Below are positions 26,652-34,348 of a DNA stretch of 34,348 nt, piece after piece. The stretch is from an uncultured Thermoplasmatales archaeon (GTDB lineage: Archaea > Thermoplasmatota > E2 > DHVEG-1), in the NCBI GenBank assembly GCA_964517155.1, contig CAZFAZ010000041.1, forward strand, positions 1 to 34,348, given 5' to 3'. Position 1 is the stretch's first letter. Each line of letters opens with the position of its first letter. Under the pieces are notes generated by a model. The model searched no databases. It had not been told where the DNA came from and saw only the letters and a program-made list of their open reading frames with translations. Position numbers and translations under genes: made by a program.

Positions 26652-27317
26652 TTAAAAATCACTAAGTTTTTTGATACTTTTTTGTTTTAAAAGATTACTT
26701 GTAGTTTTCCAAGAACGTCTAACCTGCGGAGGCAGATTTTTGTATTTATCAAGCCATTTGCTTAAAAAATTCTGAGTGATTGGATCGGCAGGATAACCAC
26801 TGCCCATTGGAATATTTAGTTTTTTTTCAAGTTGCTCTGCAATCTTTACAATTTCTTCATCTCTTCTTGTTTTTGCAATAATTGATGCGGCACTAACAAC
26901 AGGATAAATATCGTCTGCTTTATGTTTTGAAATAATCTCTGGTTTAAACGAAAGATTTGCAAGAATATCATTTGCAAAACGTTTTTCATTTACATCTGCG
27001 GAATCAACATAACAAATATCTGGTTTTAGTTTTTTAATAACACGTGCAAAAGCATTTACTTCGATTTCATTTAAAGTCATTACCTTTCGCATATCATCAA
27101 TATCTTTTGCAGGGATTACTAAAACTTCATAATCAACTGCTATTTGTTTTATTTTTTCTGCTAAATATTCTCTTCTTTTAGGAGCAATTTTTTTAGAATC
27201 TTTTACTTTTAATTTTATTAAATCTTGATCGTTTTTGAATAATGCGCCTGCTATAATAAGCGGACCAATTACAGGACCTCTGCCGGCCTCATCTGCACCA
27301 CAAATCATTTTATGCAT
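26652..27317 (-). CDS. rnhB: Ribonuclease HII
   Basis: GADEAGRGPVIGP, VKDSK, YVDSAD, HKADD.YPVVSAASIIAK..RD, GSGYP.DP.T and VRRSWKT. Confidence 0.97.
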   Translation of the reverse strand: MHKMICGADEAGRGPVIGPLIIAGALFKNDQDLIKLKVKDSKKIAPKRREYLAEKIKQIAVDYEVLVIPAKDIDDMRKVMTLNEIEVNAFARVIKKLKPDICYVDSADVNEKRFANDILANLSFKPEIISKHKADDIYPVVSAASIIAKTRRDEEIVKIAEQLEKKLNIPMGSGYPADPITQNFLSKWLDKYKNLPPQVRRSWKTTSNLLKQKSIKKLSDF

Positions 27318-27406
27318 AGTAACATCTGTTGGTAAAAAGATGTTGCGATAAAAAACAAAGATATAGGCAGTTTTTTATTACAATATTTTATTCACAGCCT
27401 TTGTTT

Positions 27407-27480
27407 GCCGATGTAGCTTAGCCCGGTTGAGCGGCTGATTCGTAATCAGCAGGTCGAGGGTTCAATTCCCTCCATCGGCT
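27407..27480 (+). tRNA. tRNA-Thr(CGT), intron-less, CCA not encoded
   Basis: Acceptor stem GCCGATG/CATCGGC with discriminator T; anticodon arm GCTGA-TTCGTAA-TCAGC (CGT at 27441-27443); T arm GAGGG-TTCAATT-CCCTC; upstream TTTATTA TATA box. Confidence 0.97.
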
Positions 27481-27485
27481 TAATA

Positions 27486-28682
27486 TCATGATATTTTTAT
27501 TTCTAAAAACCATATATTACTTTCTGCAGATTCTTCTTTTTGCATATATCCTGCTATAACAAAATCATCATCTGTTTTTTTATCTATCCATACGCCTGCT
27601 CCATAATGTTTTGCATCTATTACTTCTTGCCATACTTTTTTTCCGTTGTTGTCAACTTTTACTACTAATAAATTATCCTCCCCATAAACGCCTATGTATC
27701 CTGCAGCAAGAAATCCTTGAGAAGTTTTTACAATTGAGCTTATTCCAGCAACCAAATTATTATCAATTATCAATTCCCATTCTTTTTTACCATCAAAATC
27801 GGTTTTTACAATATATCCACACCAATCCCCAATTCCGTTCTTTTCAGTATGTCCTGCAAAAACAAAACCATCATCAAATATGATAACCTGATTAAAACGA
27901 TCATTATATTCAAACCCATAAGTGTAATTCCATAATTCATGTCCTGTACTATTCACCTTTATTGCCCATGCGTCGCTATTTTCTTTTGCATATGATTTTG
28001 TAAAACCACAGATAATATAACTTTCATCATTTGCTTTTACAATTGATCTGGCTTCATCAAAATCTTCTCCTCCAAAAGTTTTATTCCAAAGTTCATGTCC
28101 GGTTTTATTTACCTTTACTAACCAAGCATCAGATATAAATTCTTTTTTTGAGTATGAAGCAGTGGAACCTACTAATAAAAAATTTCCACTACCATCTTCT
28201 GTTAGAGAATTTCCTTCATCCCATCTTACTCCACCGTATGTTTTATTCCAAATTTCATTTCCTTTTTGATCGACTTTGATAAACCACATATTTGCACCAT
28301 AAATATTTGTTACGTATGTGTTTGTTGTGCCTAGTATAAAATAAGAATTATTATCTTTTTGAAAGACTATTTTACCATAATCTTTACCGTTACCACCATA
28401 TGTTTTGTTCCATTCTTCTGTTCCTTTTTCGCTTATTTTTATTAACCATATATTTCCATTTTTATCGCTGTATGATTGTGTGTAACCAGTTAGTATGCAT
28501 CCTTTATCTTTTGTTGGTAAAATAAATGAGCCTGAGGAATTTGCATTTAATCCAAATGATTTATTTACAGATATTTCAAATGTTTTATCTTTATTATCAA
28601 ATCTAACAAATATAGTAACCGCAAGTAATATAATTGTTAGAATAAGAATAGTAGATATTGTAATTTTATTTTTTAATTTCAT
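27486..28682 (-). CDS. Secreted or membrane-anchored beta-propeller-type repeat protein
   Basis: N-terminal TM/signal (MKLKNKITISTILILTIILLAV) and about seven repeats of W(L/F)(I/V)K....G.E.WNKT(Y/F)GG...D. SD AGGCGG favours ATG 28682; the ORF track starts at 28724. Confidence 0.8.
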   Translation of the reverse strand: MKLKNKITISTILILTIILLAVTIFVRFDNKDKTFEISVNKSFGLNANSSGSFILPTKDKGCILTGYTQSYSDKNGNIWLIKISEKGTEEWNKTYGGNGKDYGKIVFQKDNNSYFILGTTNTYVTNIYGANMWFIKVDQKGNEIWNKTYGGVRWDEGNSLTEDGSGNFLLVGSTASYSKKEFISDAWLVKVNKTGHELWNKTFGGEDFDEARSIVKANDESYIICGFTKSYAKENSDAWAIKVNSTGHELWNYTYGFEYNDRFNQVIIFDDGFVFAGHTEKNGIGDWCGYIVKTDFDGKKEWELIIDNNLVAGISSIVKTSQGFLAAGYIGVYGEDNLLVVKVDNNGKKVWQEVIDAKHYGAGVWIDKKTDDDFVIAGYMQKEESAESNIWFLEIKIS

Positions 28683-28875
28683 TTTTTGCCGCCTTTGCAA
28701 TAAATTTAGCTTTAACAAAATCAATATTTTGAGTTAATATAATACTTTTGTTATTCTTAGTTTAAGAATGGATTTTGATAATGATTATACCATAAAGCTT
28801 TTATATATAAAAAATTATATATAATCTATATATTTGGATTAAAATAATAAAATAAAATTGCGGAGGAACAATTAA

Positions 28876-31800
28876 ATGAAAAAAAATTCAAAAATAATTA
28901 AAGCTGTTTTTATAAACTGTCTATTACTGTTATCAGTATTTTCAGTTGTGTCAGCAGAGGACTATGATGTTGATGTATATGATGGTATAGAATATGAAAT
29001 CGAAATACCTGAAATACATGAACTGCCTCAAATTATCTGCCCAGATAATGAATTTAGTAAAAAGGTATGGGACGATAATACTCAAAGTTGGGATGAAACA
29101 ACTTCACATAATATTGGGGATATTATTAAATTCAGATTGATTTTTACAGCCGAAAAAACAACAAGCGATGTAAAAATTATAGATTATCTACCTAACACTG
29201 TTGCGTTCATCAATTCATCTAGCGCACCATCACTAGTATCTTATAACCAATATTTTGATTTAGGTAATGGTATATTAGGTCCTTGTACAAAAATAGAATG
29301 GAACATTGGAGATATGGGGGTGGGTCAATCCATAGAAATTATTATTCATGGTGAAATTATAGACCACTATAATAAGTATTATGAATCTGAGTACAATCTG
29401 TATGAACCTCGTGGTATAACTAATCCTGAGGCAGTATCTTCTACAAGAAATGTTGCTGTTTTAACAGGTACAAGATATCAATCAGGGTGTGGAAATCCAT
29501 ATCCTTTTACCAAAACCAACGATGCTTTTTTTACTATAATTCTGCCATCTGCAGATATTGAAGTCAACAAATATGTAAGAGATTTATCCTGTAGTTCATA
29601 TCAATCTTACTCCCGCGATTGTTGTTTATATTACGATAGTGTAATTGTTGATAAAGGCGATTCTGTCAGGTTTAAGATAGAAGTTAAAAATACGGGGGAT
29701 GTACCTCTTAATATAACTGTTTTTGATAGTTTGCCTCAAGGTCTTATTTATAACAATAATGCTACACCTTTTGAGCCTGAAACTATTGTTTTGTCTTATG
29801 TTAATGATGGTCATATTATGTATGTTTGGCATATTGGCATTGTTAATCCTAATGATACCGCAGTTATCACTTTTGATGCAATTGTAGATGGTTTTGGAGT
29901 TTACGAAAATTCAGCATCAGCTGTAGGTGCAGCACAAAGTGAAATTGTGGGTGATGAAGACATTGCTACAGTTATTGTCCCATGTGCACCTGGTGTAGAA
30001 ATCGAAAAATGGGTTTGGAATGGAACTGCTTGGTCAGATTATGCTGATGTTAATCTTGGTGATAATGTTAGATTCAAAGCAGTTATTTATAATCCATCTG
30101 AGTGTTATTTAATGCATTTCTGTGGTAATGTTTTTGATCAACTGCCAAGTAATCTTAGGTATGTTAATGGTAGCTCTACTATTTATGAAAGCATGGGTTG
30201 GCCAAATATGGAAGTAGTTGATTGGGAAAATAATACTGTTACTTGGTATAAACCTCCTACTATTATGCCTGGTGAAAATCTTACTTTTTATTATAATGCA
30301 ACAGCTGTAGATTGTGGTTTGGGGATAAATAATCTTACTGCGCATCCTGAGGGTTTTGATCCTGTTGATTATCCTGGAGGAGAATCTGTTTCCAATATCG
30401 ACGGTTCGTATGATGTTTCTGCTAATGCAACTGTAAATGTGATTTGTGAGTTAGAGCGTGGTATTGACCTTGTAAAAACAAATGATATCTGTGAATGTGT
30501 AGATCTTGGTGGTATTATAACTTATACTTATAGGGTTACTAATATTGGTGATGTAACTCTTTATAATGTTAGTGTTGTGGATGATGTTCTTGGTGTTATT
30601 GGGTTGAATAGTACGGTGCTTGCTCCTGGTGAGTGGGCTGTTGGAATAGTGCAACATCAGGTAACTGAAAGTGATTTACCTGGGCCGATTGAGAATGTTG
30701 CTAATGCTTCAGGGGAGGATCAATTTGGTATTGTTGTGTATGATGATGATACTAATAGTATTGTGATTTGTGAACCGTGTCCAGTTATTGATATAGATGT
30801 TAAAAAAATTGTTAAATGGAATTGCCAAGATCCAACATATAATGATACTACCTATGCTCATGTAAACGAATGGGTTACGTTTAAAATAACTGTTAATAAC
30901 ACTGGTGACGTTCCAATTAATATAACGATTTGTGATATTTTACCGCCGGGGCTTGTTTATAATGGATATCCTAGAGTTAATGGTGCTGAAGTTCATCCAG
31001 ATGGTATGTGTTGGACCATAAATAACGTTCAAACTGGTGGTACAGTAATAGTTACCTTTAGAGCTATGGTAATGGTCTGTGGAGAGCATATAAACACAGC
31101 AGTTGTTACCGCAGTTTACGATGGATATGAACCTGTTGTCAAACAAGATAATGCTACTGTTATTGCGTTATGTCCAGATATAGAGATTGTAAAAAGCGCT
31201 GATTCAAACCTTGTATGTAATGGCAGTGAAGTAACTTATACTTATACTGTTACAAACACTGGTAATCATCATCTTATAAATGTAACTGTTACCGATGATA
31301 AGATAACAGGTGTTTCTTATGTTTCTGGTGATACTAATATAGATGGTTGGCTTGATCTTGATGAAACTTGGATTTACAATGCAACTAGTATTTTATGTGA
31401 AAATACAACAAATACTGCTACTGTTTCTGCAAAAGATGAACTTGGAAGAATAGTTACTGATTATGATACCGAGTTTGTTGAAGTAATAGAGTGTCAAGAA
31501 CCTCCAGAACTTGGAATAGAAGTTAATAAAACTGTTAAGAGAAACTGTTGTGGTGATTTTGGAGAAATCGCATATGTTCATCAAAATGATTGGGTGACAT
31601 TTAACATAACTGTTACTAACACTGGTGATGCACCTCTTAATGTAACGGTTACTGATATTCTTCCATGGGGTCTTGATTATGATAATCATGCTACACCAAA
31701 TGGACCTGATTTAGTTATAGTTAGTGTGGGTGTTCCATATCCTGATACAATTTATGTTTGGAATCTGGGTTTTGTTGATCCTGGTGAAACATTTATAATT

Positions 31801-34348
31801 ACTTTTAGAGCAACAGTTAACGGCCAAGTTTGCGGTGGCCTTATAAATAATGTTTATGTGAGTGGAACTTATGAGGATTATCCTGAAGTAACAGATGAAG
31901 ATTCTGCTGAAGTATTTGTTTTATGTCCTGGTATAAGTATTGTTAAGTCTGCTGATAAAACCTTTATTAGTCCTGGTGAGTTGGTTACTTATACTTATGA
32001 GGTTAATAATACAGGTAATGCTGCTTTGAGAAATGTTGTTGTAGTTGATGATAAGCTTGGTGTTGTTTCTTATGTTTCTGGTGATCTTGATGTTGATGGG
32101 TGGCTTGATCTTGATGAAACTTGGATTTTTACTGCTACTGCAAATCCAATGCAAGATGTTTGTAATGTTGGTACTGTTACTGCAGAGGATGAACTTGGAA
32201 AACAAGTTTCTGATAATGATACAGTGTGTGTTGTTGTAATCAATCCAGGAATTAGTGTTATTAAGAATGTTACTCCTTGTTGTGTTTTACCTGGAGAGTA
32301 TGCTACTTGGAATATTACTGTTCAAAACATTGGTAATGTTATTCTTACAGGTGTTTGTGTCATTGATGATAATATAGGTATTTTGGATAGTATGATTTCT
32401 CTTGCCCCTGGTGAGAAGAAATATTATGAATATACCACCAGTCCAACAGTTGAAACAACAAATACTGTACAGGTTAATGGTACCGATCCTCTTGGTTTAG
32501 AGGTTTCAGATTCTGATAGTGCAACTATTGAAATCTGTGAAGTAAATATTGATATAAATGTTGAAAAAACTGTTAAACTTAATTGTTGTGGTGATTATCT
32601 TGAGAATGTTACTTTGCATGTTGGTGATTGGGTGACTTTCAAAATTGAGGTTACTAATACTGGTGATGTTCCTCTTGATATAGAGGTATGTGATGTTTTG
32701 CCTTTTGGTTTACAATATGCAAATAATGCAAAGGTTGATGGTGTTTCTCAGGAGCCTGTTGATAGCTGTTGGTTCATAGAAAATGTTGTCGCAGGTAGGA
32801 CTGTTGTTATTACATTTGAAGCTGATGTTGTAGAGTGTGGTAAGTTTGTTAATACTGTTAATGTTGTAGGTTATTATGAGCAGTTTGAGCCTGTTATAGA
32901 TAGTGATAATGCAACTGTTGAGGTTTTATGTCCTGGTATAAGTATTGTTAAGTCTGCTGATAAAACTCTTATTAGTCCTGGTGAGTTGGTTACTTATACT
33001 TATGAGGTGAGTAATACGGGTAATGCTGCTTTGAGAAATGTTGTTGTAGTTGATGATAAGCTTGGTGTTGTTTCTTATGTTTCTGGTGATACTAATGTTG
33101 ATGGGTGGCTTGATCTTGATGAAACTTGGATTTTTACTGCAAGTACTCAGTTGGATAAGAGTACTACAAATGTTGGTACTGTTACTGCAGAGGATGAACT
33201 TGGAAAACAAGTTTCTGATAATGATACAGTGTGTGTTGTTGTACAAGAATGCCCACCAATAATTAATTTAGAAGTTGAAAAACAAGCTAAGAGGAATTGT
33301 AGTGGAATTTATGGTGACTATATATATGTTGAAAAAGGTTATTGGGCAACATTTAAAATTATTGTTAAAAACACAGGTGAGGTTCCTCTTGATATACAAG
33401 TTTGTGATATACTTCCTGAAAATTTGACTTATGCAGGTTATCCACAGGTAAATGGCGTACCGATTAATCCAATTGATATGTGCTGGGTAATAAATGGTGT
33501 AGAACCAGGTGAAAAAGTTATAATTACTTTTAGAGTAACAGTTGATGAATGCGGTGAACATGTAAATACAGTAATTGTTACTGGTTATTACGAGCAATAT
33601 GAACCAGTTGTTGTTGAGGATACAGCAACTATTTTTACAATATGTCCTGATATAAGTATTGTTAAAACTGCTGATTCAAACCTAGTAAATTTAGGAGACC
33701 TTGTAGCATATACTTATACTGTTAAAAATACTGGTAATCATCACCTTAAAGACATTGTTGTAACTGATGATAAGCTTGGTGTTGTTTCTTATGTTTCTGG
33801 TGATCTTGATGTTGATGGGTGGCTTGATCTTGATGAAACTTGGATTTTTACTGCAAGTACTCAGTTGTATGAAAATACTACAAATGTTGGTACTGTTACT
33901 GCAGAGGATGAACTTGGAAAACAAGTTTCTGATAATGATGATGCATATGTAGAAGTTTTTGAGTGCGGTTGTACACCAAGTATTTCTATTGATAAAAAAG
34001 TATTTGACGGTGAAGTATGGGTTGATGATTTAGTAGTAGAAAAGTTTACTGCATATGTTGAATTCAAAATAATAATTAAAAACACCGGAACATGTGATTT
34101 AACAAATATTGTTGTAATTGATACAATGAATTGTGGTCTTGATTCTGCAACTGATTTTTCAGTTACACCTAATACTATAAATGGTGAACAAATTACTTGG
34201 TTAATACAAGGTGATCTTTTACCATCTCAGACAATTAATATTACATTTAATGCAACAGCGCATATGAATACTTCAAATGAGGTTTTGGTAACTGCTAATT
34301 CAACATATGATCAAACATCTGTTAGTGCAGATGATGAAGTAACAATTA
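28876..34348 (+). CDS. Giant (>1824 aa) Cys-rich surface protein with ~14 DUF11/DUF7507-like Ig-fold repeats; runs off the window
   Basis: SD GGAGG, then ATG 28876 and signal peptide MKKNSKIIKAVFINCLLLLSVFSVVSA. The frame stays open to the window end, which is why it is missing from the ORF track. Repeated K....V.(F/Y).(I/Y).V.NTG....V.V.D.LP.GL.Y motifs. Confidence 0.88.
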   Translation, partial: MKKNSKIIKAVFINCLLLLSVFSVVSAEDYDVDVYDGIEYEIEIPEIHELPQIICPDNEFSKKVWDDNTQSWDETTSHNIGDIIKFRLIFTAEKTTSDVKIIDYLPNTVAFINSSSAPSLVSYNQYFDLGNGILGPCTKIEWNIGDMGVGQSIEIIIHGEIIDHYNKYYESEYNLYEPRGITNPEAVSSTRNVAVLTGTRYQSGCGNPYPFTKTNDAFFTIILPSADIEVNKYVRDLSCSSYQSYSRDCCLYYDSVIVDKGDSVRFKIEVKNTGDVPLNITVFDSLPQGLIYNNNATPFEPETIVLSYVNDGHIMYVWHIGIVNPNDTAVITFDAIVDGFGVYENSASAVGAAQSEIVGDEDIATVIVPCAPGVEIEKWVWNGTAWSDYADVNLGDNVRFKAVIYNPSECYLMHFCGNVFDQLPSNLRYVNGSSTIYESMGWPNMEVVDWENNTVTWYKPPTIMPGENLTFYYNATAVDCGLGINNLTAHPEGFDPVDYPGGESVSNIDGSYDVSANATVNVICELERGIDLVKTNDICECVDLGGIITYTYRVTNIGDVTLYNVSVVDDVLGVIGLNSTVLAPGEWAVGIVQHQVTESDLPGPIENVANASGEDQFGIVVYDDDTNSIVICEPCPVIDIDVKKIVKWNCQDPTYNDTTYAHVNEWVTFKITVNNTGDVPINITICDILPPGLVYNGYPRVNGAEVHPDGMCWTINNVQTGGTVIVTFRAMVMVCGEHINTAVVTAVYDGYEPVVKQDNATVIALCPDIEIVKSADSNLVCNGSEVTYTYTVTNTGNHHLINVTVTDDKITGVSYVSGDTNIDGWLDLDETWIYNATSILCENTTNTATVSAKDELGRIVTDYDTEFVEVIECQEPPELGIEVNKTVKRNCCGDFGEIAYVHQNDWVTFNITVTNTGDAPLNVTVTDILPWGLDYDNHATPNGPDLVIVSVGVPYPDTIYVWNLGFVDPGETFIITFRATVNGQVCGGLINNVYVSGTYEDYPEVTDEDSAEVFVLCPGISIVKSADKTFISPGELVTYTYEVNNTGNAALRNVVVVDDKLGVVSYVSGDLDVDGWLDLDETWIFTATANPMQDVCNVGTVTAEDELGKQVSDNDTVCVVVINPGISVIKNVTPCCVLPGEYATWNITVQNIGNVILTGVCVIDDNIGILDSMISLAPGEKKYYEYTTSPTVETTNTVQVNGTDPLGLEVSDSDSATIEICEVNIDINVEKTVKLNCCGDYLENVTLHVGDWVTFKIEVTNTGDVPLDIEVCDVLPFGLQYANNAKVDGVSQEPVDSCWFIENVVAGRTVVITFEADVVECGKFVNTVNVVGYYEQFEPVIDSDNATVEVLCPGISIVKSADKTLISPGELVTYTYEVSNTGNAALRNVVVVDDKLGVVSYVSGDTNVDGWLDLDETWIFTASTQLDKSTTNVGTVTAEDELGKQVSDNDTVCVVVQECPPIINLEVEKQAKRNCSGIYGDYIYVEKGYWATFKIIVKNTGEVPLDIQVCDILPENLTYAGYPQVNGVPINPIDMCWVINGVEPGEKVIITFRVTVDECGEHVNTVIVTGYYEQYEPVVVEDTATIFTICPDISIVKTADSNLVNLGDLVAYTYTVKNTGNHHLKDIVVTDDKLGVVSYVSGDLDVDGWLDLDETWIFTASTQLYENTTNVGTVTAEDELGKQVSDNDDAYVEVFECGCTPSISIDKKVFDGEVWVDDLVVEKFTAYVEFKIIIKNTGTCDLTNIVVIDTMNCGLDSATDFSVTPNTINGEQITWLIQGDLLPSQTINITFNATAHMNTSNEVLVTANSTYDQTSVSADDEVTI
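31168..33957 (+). repeat. Four ~318-bp intragenic domain repeats: A1 31168-31485, A2 31921-32238, A3 32926-33243, A4 33640-33957
   Basis: A2 and A3 are near-identical at DNA level (e.g. TTATGTCCTGGTATAAGTATTGTTAAGTCTGCTGATAAAAC). All four share GTTTCTTATGTTTCTGGTGAT and TGGCTTGATCTTGATGAAACTTGGATTT. Confidence 0.92.

Noticed and set aside
28753..28825. Palindromes ATTCTTA-GTT-TAAGAAT and twin TTATATATAA between the two surface genes
   Set aside because: Nearly all A/T and explainable as divergent TATA boxes or chance.
31921..33243. Near-identical repeat pair as a DGR template/variable repeat
   Set aside because: Differences are not adenine-specific (e.g. ACCTTT vs ACTCTT, GTT vs GTG), both copies are in-frame domains of one gene, and there is no reverse transcriptase in the window.
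29626..34085. Repeated short ORFs in the ORF track (e.g. 31921-32205, 32926-33246, 33050-33262)
   Set aside because: They are shadow frames of the repeats in the giant + strand surface-protein gene.
1..34348. CRISPR array, rRNA, transposase, integrase or defence system
   Set aside because: I saw no regularly spaced short repeats, rRNA-like sequence or recombinase/defence-gene motifs.

Overview
AT-rich archaeal chromosomal segment. TATA/BRE-type promoters, archaeal DnaG, Taw3, a UPF0058 protein, a DUF6015-like protein and a CCA-less tRNA-Thr suggest a Thermoplasmatota archaeon, probably a sediment lineage such as MBG-D/Thermoprofundales (inference). The left end carries a carbon-metabolism cluster: two-subunit ATP-citrate lyase and aconitase, a divergent tandem-wHTH regulator, acetyl-CoA synthetase, a split class I fumarase and nadE. 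The middle holds housekeeping genes (purC, metG, dnaG, a GNAT, taw3, serC, rnhB), a thiamine-salvage operon (ThiR-like sensor, thiamine pyrophosphokinase, SSS transporter, an unannotated 36-aa membrane peptide), paaK and a saccharopine/lysine dehydrogenase-like gene. After tRNA-Thr(CGT) come a secreted beta-propeller-type protein and a >1800-aa Cys-rich repetitive surface protein that runs off the window. The two strongest novel signals are non-coding. (1) A 28-bp promoter with TGACA boxes occurs twice, once before a stand-alone response regulator and once before an ORF-less, structured ~120-nt candidate sRNA. (2) A ~170-nt multi-stem leader upstream of dnaG has a closing arm that can alternatively pair with the dnaG Shine-Dalgarno. 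All calls come from reading the sequence only; no searches were run.
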